From NCBI GenBank assembly GCA_963840035.1, contig CAWIXE010000002.1, forward strand, positions 512,001 through 576,000: a DNA stretch of 64,000 nucleotides, written 5' to 3'. Both the position numbers and the translations under genes were made by a program. Below the pieces are notes generated by a model that worked only from the letters and a program-made list of their open reading frames with translations, was not told the DNA's origin and made no database searches. Positions 49,215 to 59,690 of the stretch are shown here, in pieces (the stretch's first letter is position 1; each line of letters starts with the position of its first letter). Origin of the DNA: a candidate division FCPU426 bacterium. GTDB lineage: Bacteria > Oederibacteriota > PGYV01 > Palsa-1178.

Positions 49215-49682
49215 ATGGAAAAAATCAAGTTACTGATTAAAATCATTTCAACGGTATTTGTTGGATATGTTATTGTTAGTGTGTTTTATACGATGTTTGC
49301 AGTATGTGATGTCAAGATATACGCAACACTATACAATAACTGCGGGGAGAAAATTTATATCCAGCCAATCTTCTACAAAAAAGACAAGGGGAAAATTGAT
49401 AAAATCGTTATTGGGAAGGTGTTGGTACTAAATAATCAAAGTGCAAAAATTTCATCTTCGGGTGCTTTCATTGTGTTGTTAGGTGATAAAAATCTTGAAT
49501 ATAAATTTGACCAAATCAAGTGGGACGATAACGACTATAAATCTTATTATAATTCAAACGATATACTTTTTCGGATTGATGAAAATGAATTGATATATAT
49601 TCTTAATTCAGCAGATAAATCGTTTGCGACAAACAACGCCAAGCAGCCCAAAGGATTTCCGCTCAAACCAATTTTGAAGTAA
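49215..49682 (+). CDS. Hypothetical AT-rich protein with N-terminal TM anchor
   Basis: ggaggg RBS; 155-aa ORF. Confidence 0.6.
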   Translation: MEKIKLLIKIISTVFVGYVIVSVFYTMFAVCDVKIYATLYNNCGEKIYIQPIFYKKDKGKIDKIVIGKVLVLNNQSAKISSSGAFIVLLGDKNLEYKFDQIKWDDNDYKSYYNSNDILFRIDENELIYILNSADKSFATNNAKQPKGFPLKPILK

Positions 49683-49947
49683 TTTGTTAAAATGTCTATA
49701 AAACATTATTATCGTATAGTTCAAGTGATTCTTCGGTCGCAATCCACTCCTTCAATTGCCTAATCAAGTTCTGTAAGTTGCCTCGTTTCGTCCGCCATTC
49801 GATACAATGAAGCCTTTCGATGAATTTCCTTACTTCTGTCCGTTATTATTGGATGTTTAACACGACTATTTTTCTTGACCCGGTCGGGGCTTTATAATAT
49901 ACTCATTACGTTGTTTTCTTAGCTTAAAACAATCATGGAGACGAGAA

Positions 49948-50757
49948 GTGAAAAAAACCTTAATAATAGCAACAATAATGACCGTTATATGCGGGTTCTG
50001 TTTTGCGGCTGATGTTCCTGCTGTCATAACACCGGCTACTTCATCAACAGCCTCTTTGACGCCGCTGTCAACGGACGTGCCATATGGAGCCATGTTTGCT
50101 TCGGCTACCACTATCTGTGCTTCTTTGAGCGCTACAATCAAGGACTGGCAGGTCATATCCCCTCTGAACATGAAAGGCCGCTGGCATTTCAGGATGATAC
50201 ATAAGGATAAACCCAACACAATATTAAACGTGGTGGGGCTGCTGGACTCTAAAACAGTCATAAACGGGAATGACTACTATTATTATTTCGTGCCTGCCGA
50301 AAATAAAGGGAATGTTGTCCGTTTTACAAAGGACGGGGCATTCATACGCAACCTGAAGTTCCCGGTGTTCGGCTTCATATTTGTGGATGTGCTGCTTGAG
50401 CCTGAAATGCAGTACCTTAAATTCCCGCTTGTGAAAGGGGATACGTGGGAATCAAAAGCCACGGGTACCGTATTTCTCATGAACTTTTTCAAGATTACAA
50501 GACAGACTTCGGCGAAGTTTACAGTGCTTGATGAAGTTGAAGCTGTGATTGACGGCAAGAAGACCCACATTTTCAGAATCGCAAGCGAGATAGACGAGGG
50601 CGACGGCAAAATTGGGCATGAAGAACACTGGTACGCCATGGACATCGGGCTTGTATATCAGAATACGGACGCTTACAACCTTGAAATATACAAATATCTG
50701 CCGGACGGGGAAGTTGTAACAGACGCCCAGGCTGATACCACACCGGCAAAGTTATAA
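49948..50757 (+). CDS. Hypothetical exported beta-rich protein
   Basis: Signal peptide; PLVKGDTW and C-terminal WYA.DIGLV. Confidence 0.7.
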   Translation: MKKTLIIATIMTVICGFCFAADVPAVITPATSSTASLTPLSTDVPYGAMFASATTICASLSATIKDWQVISPLNMKGRWHFRMIHKDKPNTILNVVGLLDSKTVINGNDYYYYFVPAENKGNVVRFTKDGAFIRNLKFPVFGFIFVDVLLEPEMQYLKFPLVKGDTWESKATGTVFLMNFFKITRQTSAKFTVLDEVEAVIDGKKTHIFRIASEIDEGDGKIGHEEHWYAMDIGLVYQNTDAYNLEIYKYLPDGEVVTDAQADTTPAKL

Positions 50758-50763
50758 TATATC

Positions 50764-51324
50764 ATGGAAGAAACCCCGAAGCGATTTACAGTATTGCAGG
50801 ACGGGGATAAAACTGTAATCAGGATAAAATCAAACAACAGTCTTTTAAACATGTCCATACTTCTAGTAGTCTTACTTGCCGCTTTTACAGCCACGGTAAT
50901 ACTCTTTAACCTGTTGGGTTTTGTATTCTCCAGGGGCGTCATGGCGGTGATTCTCGGATATACCATGGCAGGAATTTCAATCGTGTTTAAGTGGCTGGCA
51001 GCTTTTATTATAACCCGCGCGGCTCTATGGACGCTCTTTGGCAGCGAAACAATCACGATTGATAAAGAGAAGCTGGTATACGCCAGGAAAATTGCAGGTA
51101 TAGGCTATGAAAAACAGGCGCTGCTCGGCGGGATAAACGGGATAAAAATGACGTCATACGCCCCGGAAAAAGATATTCAATACATGCTTAAGTCGGAGGC
51201 GGAACTGAATAAAGGGTGTTTTGAGGCCGGGACGCAAAGCGGCATCATAAAGATCGGCGTATTTTTAAGTTTTGATGAGGCTGACTATCTTGAAAAACTT
51301 TTTAAAGCGTCGGGGTTGTCCTGA
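50764..51324 (+). CDS. Hypothetical membrane protein
   Basis: Two TM segments followed by FGSETITID. Confidence 0.65.
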   Translation: MEETPKRFTVLQDGDKTVIRIKSNNSLLNMSILLVVLLAAFTATVILFNLLGFVFSRGVMAVILGYTMAGISIVFKWLAAFIITRAALWTLFGSETITIDKEKLVYARKIAGIGYEKQALLGGINGIKMTSYAPEKDIQYMLKSEAELNKGCFEAGTQSGIIKIGVFLSFDEADYLEKLFKASGLS

Positions 51325-51332
51325 GAAGCATG

Positions 51333-52049
51333 TTATTGTGGTTTTTTTTCGGACATCCGCCTGAATAATTCCGCGAGTTCCGGGCCCCTGGCTGCTGAAT
51401 CGTCCTCGTGTTTGAAAAAAATAAAAGCCTTTTTCCATTTTTGCGCGTTTATTTTTTTTGCCCATTGTTTTAATTCTTTAACCCCGTAATCAAGCCCCCT
51501 CATCCTTAAATAACCCCATTTTGCCGTGGAAATAATCTTTTTTACCGGGCTTTCATCAGTGTCCTCCATGCAAAGGCTGAAATCGCGTTTTTTAAGCAGT
51601 GCATATGTGCCCGGATTATGCCAGGTGGCGCTCCTGAAATCAAAGGAGCAGGGGATTTTGGCGGGTATAAGCTTTAAAAAATCCTTAAGCCGCTTTTGGT
51701 CGTCGCGGAAACTCGCGGGGAACTGGAACAGGACGCAGCCAAGGTTTTTTTTAAGCCCTGAAATTGAATTAAAAAAGAACCCGCACTCCTCATCAACGTA
51801 TTGCAGCCGTTTTATGTGGGTTATGATGCGCGGCGCTTTGACCGTAAAAAGGAAGCCGGGCGGGACCTGCTTCACCCAGGAATTGACCACGGCCGGGGTG
51901 GGCATCCGGTAAAAGGTGTTGTTTATCTCGACGGTTTGAAGCCGGGTTGAGTAGTAGGAGAGCATTTTCGCGCCTGATATTTTTTCCGGATAAAAATTTC
52001 CTTTCCATTCATCGTATCCAAAACCGCTGGTGCCGGCATATATCCTCAT
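51333..52049 (-). CDS. DUF72 family protein
   Basis: GTSGFGY..W, VEINNTFY, VKAPRIITH, LFQFP, YLRMRG. Confidence 0.92.
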   Translation of the reverse strand: MRIYAGTSGFGYDEWKGNFYPEKISGAKMLSYYSTRLQTVEINNTFYRMPTPAVVNSWVKQVPPGFLFTVKAPRIITHIKRLQYVDEECGFFFNSISGLKKNLGCVLFQFPASFRDDQKRLKDFLKLIPAKIPCSFDFRSATWHNPGTYALLKKRDFSLCMEDTDESPVKKIISTAKWGYLRMRGLDYGVKELKQWAKKINAQKWKKAFIFFKHEDDSAARGPELAELFRRMSEKKPQ

Positions 52050-52062
52050 AACTGAGCCTCCT

Positions 52063-53628
52063 TCATGGTTTCATACGGTCCCTGGAAACTTCTTTTGCTT
52101 TCATGTCGTCCCTCACCCTTAAAAATACAGGATGCCTTAATATGCCCTCTTTTGTCCATTGAGTGAATTCAACTTCACATACCATCACCGGTTTTACCCA
52201 GGATGCCTGTGCCGTTCCGGGCGGGATTGCCTTAAAAGGGCATTTTTTCACCGACAGAGGAAGGAGCTTTTCATACAGGTTTTTTATTGTGCTGCTGCCA
52301 AAGCTGCCGCCTGAGTGTCCCGCGTATGTAAGGACCCCTTTTTCATAGGTGCCCAGCACCAGGCTGCCCAGGTATCCCCTGGAACCCCGGGGTTTTGTAA
52401 AACCCGCTATGACGCAGTCCTGGGTGAGGCGGTTCTTTATTTTAAGCCAGTCACCGTTTCTGGAGCCGGGCTGATAACGGCTGTCAGCCCTTTTGGCGAC
52501 AATGCCTTCCAGCCCTTTTTTCCTGGCGGCATTAAAAAAGGATATGCCGTCGCTTAGGACATGGTCGGAGTAGCGTATGCTGCCGGCAGAAGGGATTATG
52601 GATTTCAATATATCCTTCCTTTTAATTAGGGGAAGGGAGGTAAGGTCGCGGCCGTCCAGGAAAAGTATGTCAAAGGCGTAATATATGAGATTGCTTCCCT
52701 GACCGGAATGGTCCTGCAGCTTCTGGAAGTCGGGCATCCCGGCGTTGTCAAGGGCTACGACCTCGCCGTCCAGTATGGCATCATGTTTTATGTTTTTAAG
52801 CGCTTCTGCGACGGAAGGGAACCTGCTGGAAAGGGAATTTTTATTTCGCGAGAAAAGCCCTGTTCCGGCCCTGCCGGTTTCGGCGATGGCGCGGTAGCCG
52901 TCCCATTTTACCTCGAAAATCCAGCCGGGGCGGTCAAAAGGTTTTTTAACCGCCATGGAAAGCATGGGGTTTATCCCGTGAGGCATGGATTTTTTTGGGG
53001 TGTCATTGCCCGGGATGGCATCTTTTTTTGGATTTTCATGGCCGGGCGCGTTATTTTTTCCGGTGAGTTTTTCCAGTGTGATTCCTGACGCGGCTGAACG
53101 GCCGTCCATGAGGACGTCAGCGGAGGCGGTGAAGGAGTCCTTTTCCTTGAATAAGAGCCATGAATTTTTTTCCCACTTGGTTTTCACCAGTGCGAATCCG
53201 CCCTTTAACTTTTTGCCCGCAAGAACAAATTTCAATTCGCCTTTTTTTAATCCGGCAAGGAGGAGCTTTTCCGCGTCTTTTGCGTTTTCCGCCAGGGGAT
53301 GCGTATAAACCCCGCGGTCCCAGATTATGACTCCGCCGGCGCCGTAATTGCCTTCGGGAATGACGCCTTCGAAGTCCTTATAATCATAGGGATGGTCCTC
53401 AACCATCATGGCGAGCCTTTTTACTGAAGGATCAAGCGAAGGCCCTTTGGGCACGGCCCAGCTTTTGAGTACGCCTGCCATTTCCAGCCTCAGGTCATAG
53501 TGAAGGTTCCTGGCGGCGTGCTTGTGTATGACAAATATGAGGTTGCGGCCGGATGCTTTTTTGGGGGCGGGGCCGGGCTCGGGCGTGGCGTTCAGTTTTC
53601 TTTTTTTTCCGTATTCTTTCAGGCTCAT
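52063..53628 (-). CDS. ligD: NHEJ ligase D: 3'-phosphoesterase plus ATP-dependent ligase domains
   Basis: HAARNLHYDLRLE, SWAVPKGPS, EDHP; EVKWDGYR, EGIVAK, WLKIK, LRHP. Confidence 0.93.
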   Translation of the reverse strand: MSLKEYGKKRKLNATPEPGPAPKKASGRNLIFVIHKHAARNLHYDLRLEMAGVLKSWAVPKGPSLDPSVKRLAMMVEDHPYDYKDFEGVIPEGNYGAGGVIIWDRGVYTHPLAENAKDAEKLLLAGLKKGELKFVLAGKKLKGGFALVKTKWEKNSWLLFKEKDSFTASADVLMDGRSAASGITLEKLTGKNNAPGHENPKKDAIPGNDTPKKSMPHGINPMLSMAVKKPFDRPGWIFEVKWDGYRAIAETGRAGTGLFSRNKNSLSSRFPSVAEALKNIKHDAILDGEVVALDNAGMPDFQKLQDHSGQGSNLIYYAFDILFLDGRDLTSLPLIKRKDILKSIIPSAGSIRYSDHVLSDGISFFNAARKKGLEGIVAKRADSRYQPGSRNGDWLKIKNRLTQDCVIAGFTKPRGSRGYLGSLVLGTYEKGVLTYAGHSGGSFGSSTIKNLYEKLLPLSVKKCPFKAIPPGTAQASWVKPVMVCEVEFTQWTKEGILRHPVFLRVRDDMKAKEVSRDRMKP

Positions 53629-54529
53629 AAGAATGGCAGCTTCTGCTTTTTTTCAAGCATGAATTTAAAAAGGTCGCCGTATTTTTTGGCGCGCAACGCG
53701 GCCTGCAGGTGCGTTATCAGGAATTTGTCAGGGTCATTTTGTTTCAAAAGTTTTTTCAGCTCTTTCCAGGATATCGGGCAGGAAACCGACGGTATGTCTC
53801 CGGCCCGCAGGGAGTATACGCATACCATGGTTTTTGAAGGGTCGTTCTGAGACCAGTTTATGAATACTTTTCCGGAGCGCAGCTTTTGTCCATTTTTGAC
53901 GTGACAAGGCCAGGGTAAGCGGACTGCAGCGCTTCGGCAACGGCCCGTGAAAATTTTTTAGTGTCATCATATGTGGCGGCAGCGTAATTAAGGGGGACGA
54001 AGACATGAAGCCCTTTTTTACCTGAGGTTTTAACCGCGCTCTCAAGGCCGGTGTCATCAAGGAGTTTTTTCAGGATGAGGGCCACCCGGGCGCATTCCAG
54101 CACGCCGGCGCCTTCACCGGGGTCAAGGTCAAACACTATGCTGTCCGGGGTATACTGGCTGGCAGCCCTGGCAAGGGGGACATGCAGCTCGATGGAGGCG
54201 AGGTTTTCCACCCACATGAGGCTTTCAAGGCCGTTAATAAGGCAGGCTGTGAGCTTTTTATCCTTTCCATAGGCGACTTCAGCCGTTTCCATCCAGGCCG
54301 GCCTGTAGGCGGGGCAGCGTTTTTCAAAAAAATAACCCTTTTCAACACCGTCGGGATAACGCTTCAGGGTAAGCGCGCGGCCTTTTAGATGGGGAAGCAT
54401 ATAAGGGGCGATGACCCGGTAGTATTCAAGTATCCGGGCTTTGGAAAAACCGTATGAGGCGTATAAGTTTTTCTCCAGGTTTGAGAGGGTAAGGGTTTTG
54501 TTGTTAATCCTAACTGTTTTGGAGCTCAT
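53625..54529 (-). CDS. LigD primase-polymerase domain protein, split by a one-base deletion near 53885
   Basis: LKRYPDG, FDLDPG, KTSGKKGLHV in one frame; GKVFINWSQN...YSLRA in the shifted frame. Confidence 0.88.
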
Positions 54530-55398
54530 TTTTCCTTCTCTGCGTTCCGCATGCTGGCTTCAAGCGCCGCCACCAGGTCTTCCACGCCTTCAGCGGTTTT
54601 TTCACCTGTATCCGGAGACTGCACCTCTTTTTTCTCCTTTGCCTTATCCCTAAGGATTTCCATGAGTTTTTTTCTTCGCGGATCGGAGAATTGTTCCGGT
54701 GAAAATACCGTCATCATTTTTTTAATGGAATTTTTCAATGTGCTTACCTCTGCGGGGTCGGCGGCATCCGCGGGAATAAGGGCTTCATCCGACTGTATCT
54801 CGCTGCTGTAATGCAGGGTGGAAACCTCCAGGACCTTATCCCTGCTTTTAACCGCCACAAGATATTCGCGCTCTCCGAGCACAAACTTCGCTATGCCTGC
54901 CCTGCCGGATCTTTGCAGCGCCTCCGCCAGGAGGCAGTATGATTTTTCACCGCCTTTTAACGGGGAGAGGTAGTAAGGGTGGTCGTAATATATGGGGTCG
55001 ATATCGGAGGCGTTTACAAACTCCAGTATCTCTATGGTGCGGCTGCGCTCAGGCGATACGGATTCCAGTTCCTCGTCGGTTATGACCAGGTGTTTCCCCG
55101 GCTCAATCTCATAACCCCTGACTATTTCCTCAGGTGGGACTATCTTTTCCTCGTCAGGGCAGAACATTTTTCTTTCGAGAGGGGAATAATCCCTGCCATG
55201 CAGCATGCGGAAGGAGACCCGGCCGGGTTCCACGGCTTTTACAAGACGCACCGGTATGGCCACAAGGCTGAAGCTTATAGTGCCGCTCCAGATGCCCTGA
55301 TGGGGGGCGGCAGGCTCTTTTGGCTGCGCCATCGCCGGTCCTGATTTTTTGAGGGAAGGGATTTTTTTAATGGCGGATTTTTTCTTTTTTGTCTTCAT
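54526..55398 (-). CDS. ku: Ku protein with Lys-rich N-terminal extension
   Basis: IWSGTISFSLVAIPV, IVRGYE, IDPIYYDHPYYL, DLVAALEAS. Confidence 0.92.
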   Translation of the reverse strand: MKTKKKKSAIKKIPSLKKSGPAMAQPKEPAAPHQGIWSGTISFSLVAIPVRLVKAVEPGRVSFRMLHGRDYSPLERKMFCPDEEKIVPPEEIVRGYEIEPGKHLVITDEELESVSPERSRTIEILEFVNASDIDPIYYDHPYYLSPLKGGEKSYCLLAEALQRSGRAGIAKFVLGEREYLVAVKSRDKVLEVSTLHYSSEIQSDEALIPADAADPAEVSTLKNSIKKMMTVFSPEQFSDPRRKKLMEILRDKAKEKKEVQSPDTGEKTAEGVEDLVAALEASMRNAEKEK

Positions 55399-55399
55399 T

Positions 55400-56167
55400 T
55401 TATGCCGCCTTTTTGAGGCTTTTTTTAAGGGCCTCAAGCAGTTTTCCGGGTTCTGTCGCTTTGAGGTGTTTTGGCTTAAGCAGGGTTATCTTTTCACCGC
55501 GTTTTTTCCTGTCGATGAGCCCGTGCAGTTTTTCGATATGCCCGTTGACGTATTTTGACGGGTCAAACGCCACGGTCATCTTATTGATTAGTTCGCTGCC
55601 TATTTCCATTTCCTTTTCTGAAAGAGGGAACTCCTCAAGTCCCAGGCTCCGCGGCTGGATGATCTCGTCGGCATACCTTAAAGTATCGAGCCTTAATGTC
55701 TTTCCCGCTGACTGCAGCGCTCCCAGGTAGGAGCGTTTCCGCATGGTCCACGTGCAGATACCCAGCGCGTTCATCTCTTTTAGCGCGGCGGCGAGAGCGC
55801 TGTAGGTTTTTGCGGGCGCCTGAGGACCGAGAAAATATGTGCGTTCAAAAAACGCCGGGTCGATATCTCCGGGCTTTACAAAACCGCTGACAACTATATC
55901 CCTGCTTTCAGCCGGATCGGCCAGTTCCAGTTCTTCAGGGTCTATGAGCAGGTATTTTCCGCCTTCAAGGGGGAATCCCTTTACCTGCTCTTCAGAAGGC
56001 ACTGCTGATTTGTCATACGCGCATATCATTTGCTGCCGCAGCCTGACCCTGTCGCGGCTGTGCAGAAGGTGGAAACCGATAAGGTCCTGGGTTACCGAAC
56101 TGTGGAGTTTTACAGGGACATTTACCCGGCCAAATTTAATATTGCCTATCCAGATGGTTGATGACAT
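55400..56167 (-). CDS. ku: Ku protein (second paralog)
   Basis: IWIGNIKFGRVNVPVKL, IDPAFFERTYFL, LRYADEI, LLEALKKSL. Confidence 0.9.
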   Translation of the reverse strand: MSSTIWIGNIKFGRVNVPVKLHSSVTQDLIGFHLLHSRDRVRLRQQMICAYDKSAVPSEEQVKGFPLEGGKYLLIDPEELELADPAESRDIVVSGFVKPGDIDPAFFERTYFLGPQAPAKTYSALAAALKEMNALGICTWTMRKRSYLGALQSAGKTLRLDTLRYADEIIQPRSLGLEEFPLSEKEMEIGSELINKMTVAFDPSKYVNGHIEKLHGLIDRKKRGEKITLLKPKHLKATEPGKLLEALKKSLKKAA

Positions 56168-56391
56168 AAAAACCCCTTTCAAATATGGGAATTATTAACC
56201 TTATAATCATAAATTAAGTATACCAGCGTTTTTCGCGTATTTCAAGTTTCCGGCCTTAAAAAACGTAAAAACGTCCGTTTTTATTCAAAAAAAATGATTT
56301 TTCTGCCTTGAAATAGGTTTATCATTATGATAAAATTACGCTGTTGTTTTCAATTACAAATCTTTTATATTATACCAAGGAGGAAAGAGAA

Positions 56392-59184
56392 ATGGCCAAG
56401 AAAGCAAAAGCAAAAAAGCCGGCCGGCAAAGGCAAAGCCTCGAAAAAGTACGTTTATTTTTTCGGCAAAGGCAAAGCTGACGGAAACGGCGAAATGAAGG
56501 CACTGTTAGGCGGAAAAGGCGCGGGACTCGCGGAAATGACAAACGCGGGCGTACCGGTCCCTCCGGGATTTACCATCACCACCGAAGTTTGCACGGGCTT
56601 TTACGAGAATAACAAGAAAGTACCCGCAGGCTTAGACGACCAGATGATGCAGTACATCAAAAAGCTCGAGGAAGTTGAAAATAAAAGGTTCGGAGACCCG
56701 GTTAACCCGCTGCTCGTATCAGTACGCTCGGGCGCGAAGTTCTCCATGCCGGGAATGATGGACACCATACTTAACCTCGGTATCAACGACGTGACAGTAC
56801 AGGCCATCATCAAGAATACAAACAACCCGCGTTTCGCGTGGGATTCATACAGAAGGTTCATCCAGATGTACGCTGACGTTGTCATGGAGCTCTCGAAGAA
56901 AGAATTCGAGCACCTCATAGACGCCATGAAGAAGAAAAAGGGAATTTCGCTGGACACTGAATTCACGGCGGACGACATGAAAGAAATGGTTGTGGAATTC
57001 AAGGCATTTGTGAAAAAATCCCTCGGCAAAGACTTTCCGCAGGACGCTATAGAACAGTTAAAGGGCGCGCGCGATGCTGTGTTTAAATCATGGATGAACG
57101 ACCGCGCTATATTCTACAGAAAAGCAAACAGCATATCCGAGTCCATCGGAACCGCCGTAAACGTTCAGGCCATGGTATTCGGAAACATGGGTAATGACTC
57201 GGGAACGGGCGTAGGTTTCACAAGAAACCCTGCCACCGGGGAAAAAGTTCCTTATGGAGAGTACCTCTTAAACGCGCAGGGCGAGGACGTCGTCGCCGGC
57301 GTTAGGACACCAAACAAGATCGCCAATCTCGGCAAGGACATGCCGGCTGTTTACAAGCAGCTTATGGACATCACATCCAGGCTCGAAAAAAAGTACCGCG
57401 ATGTCCAGGATTTTGAGTTCACAATCGAAAAGAACAAACTTTACATGCTCCAGACACGCTCGGGCAAAAGGACCGGCATGGCAGCTGTAAAGATAGCCGT
57501 TGATATGTTCAAGGAAAAACTCATCACCAAAGAAGAAGCGGTATTAAGGGTGGAGCCGGTTCAGCTCGACCAGCTTCTGCACCCCGTATTTGACTCAAAG
57601 GCCGAGAAAAAAGTAATCGCGAAGGGCCTTAACGCTTCACCCGGCGCAGCCACCGGAAAAGCCACATTCACTGCGGACGACGCTGTGGAATGGAAGGCAA
57701 AAGGCGAAAAAGTTATCCTCGTAAGGCAGGAAACATCGCCTGACGACATTCACGGAATGGACGCTGCGGCCGGCATATTGACGGCGCGCGGCGGAGCAAC
57801 ATCACACGCTGCTGTTGTCGCAAGGCAGATGGGCAAAGTTTGCGTGGCCGGATGCGAAGAGCTTATCGTTTCCGAGAAGACAAAGTCAATGACAGTAAAA
57901 TCATCGGGCCTTGTAATTAAAGAAGGCGACTGGATATCCATCGACGGAACAACCGGACAGGTAATGGCCGGCAAAGTCCCGACAATGGAGCCTAAAATGG
58001 AAGGCGAATTCGGCGAGTTCATGAAATGGGTCGACGAGTTCAAAACCATCAAGGTAAGGGCAAACGCCGACGTCCCAAGGGACGCGAAAGTGGCAAGGCA
58101 GTACGGCGCAGAGGGAATCGGGCTTTGCAGGACAGAGCATATGTTCTTTGACGCTGACAGGCTCCCGTTCATGCAGGAAATGATCCTTGCCTCAGACGAA
58201 GCCGGCAGGAGAGATGCTCTGAAAAAACTCCTCCCGATGCAGAGAAGCGACTTCTCAGGGCTCTTCCAGACCATGGAAGGCTACGGAGTAACCATCAGGT
58301 TCCTGGATCCGCCTCTCCACGAGTTCCTCCCGAAGAGAGAAGAGCTCATGGTTGAAGTAGCCAGGATGGAAGCTACAGGCAAGACATCAATGTCAAACGA
58401 TATGCTTAAAAAATCGCTTGACCTTATTAAAGGCACAGGCACTGACCTGGAAAAGGCGAAGATCCTCTTAGCCCGCGTCGAAGAACTCCACGAGTTCAAC
58501 CCGATGCTCGGGCACCGCGGATGCCGCCTTGGTATCACATATCCGGAGATTTCAGAGATGCAGACACGCGCCGTCATTGAAGCCGCAATCGAGCTTAACA
58601 AGACAGGCAAAAAGATCATCCCTGAGATCATGATACCGCTCGTAGGCAATGTAAAAGAGTTCCTTGACCAGAAGAACGTAGTTGACGCTACAGCCAAGGC
58701 AGTTATGGCTGAAAAAGGCGTTAAGATACCGTACCTCGTCGGAACCATGATTGAAGTACCCAGAGCGGCAGTTACGGCCGATGAGATAGCGGTTCACGCC
58801 GAGTTCTTCTCATTCGGTACAAACGACCTGACCCAGACATGCCTGGGCTTCTCGCGCGACGACGCAGGCGGATTCACCAAAGCATATATCGACAAGAAAA
58901 TATTTGAATCTGACCCGTTCCAGACACTCGACCAGGTGGGCGTAGGCTCGCTTGTGAAGATGGCTGTGGATAAAGGGCGCAAAGTAAAGGCGAAATTGAA
59001 GATCGGAATCTGCGGAGAACACGGCGGAGACCCGGCATCTGTTGAATTCTTTAACGGAGCAGGGCTTGATTACGTATCGTGCTCGCCGTACAGGGTACCG
59101 ATCGCAAGGCTCGCTGCCGCGCATGCTGCCATAAAGGCCGCTCACGCGAAAAAAGGAAAAAAGATAGCGGCAAAAGACAAATAA
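56392..59184 (+). CDS. ppdK: Pyruvate, phosphate dikinase
   Basis: LGGKGAGLAEM, LLVSVRSGA, GGATSHAAVVAR, GLCRTEHM, CGEHGG. Confidence 0.98.
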   Translation: MAKKAKAKKPAGKGKASKKYVYFFGKGKADGNGEMKALLGGKGAGLAEMTNAGVPVPPGFTITTEVCTGFYENNKKVPAGLDDQMMQYIKKLEEVENKRFGDPVNPLLVSVRSGAKFSMPGMMDTILNLGINDVTVQAIIKNTNNPRFAWDSYRRFIQMYADVVMELSKKEFEHLIDAMKKKKGISLDTEFTADDMKEMVVEFKAFVKKSLGKDFPQDAIEQLKGARDAVFKSWMNDRAIFYRKANSISESIGTAVNVQAMVFGNMGNDSGTGVGFTRNPATGEKVPYGEYLLNAQGEDVVAGVRTPNKIANLGKDMPAVYKQLMDITSRLEKKYRDVQDFEFTIEKNKLYMLQTRSGKRTGMAAVKIAVDMFKEKLITKEEAVLRVEPVQLDQLLHPVFDSKAEKKVIAKGLNASPGAATGKATFTADDAVEWKAKGEKVILVRQETSPDDIHGMDAAAGILTARGGATSHAAVVARQMGKVCVAGCEELIVSEKTKSMTVKSSGLVIKEGDWISIDGTTGQVMAGKVPTMEPKMEGEFGEFMKWVDEFKTIKVRANADVPRDAKVARQYGAEGIGLCRTEHMFFDADRLPFMQEMILASDEAGRRDALKKLLPMQRSDFSGLFQTMEGYGVTIRFLDPPLHEFLPKREELMVEVARMEATGKTSMSNDMLKKSLDLIKGTGTDLEKAKILLARVEELHEFNPMLGHRGCRLGITYPEISEMQTRAVIEAAIELNKTGKKIIPEIMIPLVGNVKEFLDQKNVVDATAKAVMAEKGVKIPYLVGTMIEVPRAAVTADEIAVHAEFFSFGTNDLTQTCLGFSRDDAGGFTKAYIDKKIFESDPFQTLDQVGVGSLVKMAVDKGRKVKAKLKIGICGEHGGDPASVEFFNGAGLDYVSCSPYRVPIARLAAAHAAIKAAHAKKGKKIAAKDK

Positions 59185-59200
59185 GTTTTTTGTTTAATAC

Positions 59201-59231
59201 AAAAAGGCCGGGCATATCGCCCGGCCTTTTT
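59201..59231. terminator. Bidirectional intrinsic terminator
   Basis: aaaaaggccgggc-atatc-gcccggccttttt. Confidence 0.88.
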
Positions 59232-59260
59232 GGTTTTTATAAGTAATTGTGAGTAGTGGT

Positions 59261-59566
59261 TTACTTACCCAGTATAATCTTCAGTCCCTCAAAATCAGGC
59301 TGGGAGTATGATTTGAAGTCAACTGTATACTTTATGCCATTCGAGGCCGTCAGTTCAAATTTTCCGTCGTATAAGGTTCCTGCAGGTTTTATCATAATGG
59401 ATGAAATTTCTGATATTTTAAAGGATTTATTTGATTTTTTTACCGAGTTTGAAAGACCTTTTTTACGCAGGATGAGCCTGTCCTTATAGAGATCAAGCTG
59501 GTCTTCAACGCCGACGGCGGACTTTATGGGTTTTTCTTCCTCGAAACCTTCTTCTTTTATGTCCAT
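59261..59566 (-). CDS. Hypothetical small protein
   Basis: ggaggt RBS; 101-aa ORF. Confidence 0.6.
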   Translation of the reverse strand: MDIKEEGFEEEKPIKSAVGVEDQLDLYKDRLILRKKGLSNSVKKSNKSFKISEISSIMIKPAGTLYDGKFELTASNGIKYTVDFKSYSQPDFEGLKIILGK

Positions 59567-59690
59567 GATACCTCCGGTTTTTAATAATATAAATAAATTA
59601 ACAGAATTTGAAATTAGTGTCAACGTGTATATATGGCAGGATGGGCAGCAAAGTGAGCGGCATGGAAGCCAAAGAAAGCCGGGTTAAGTT

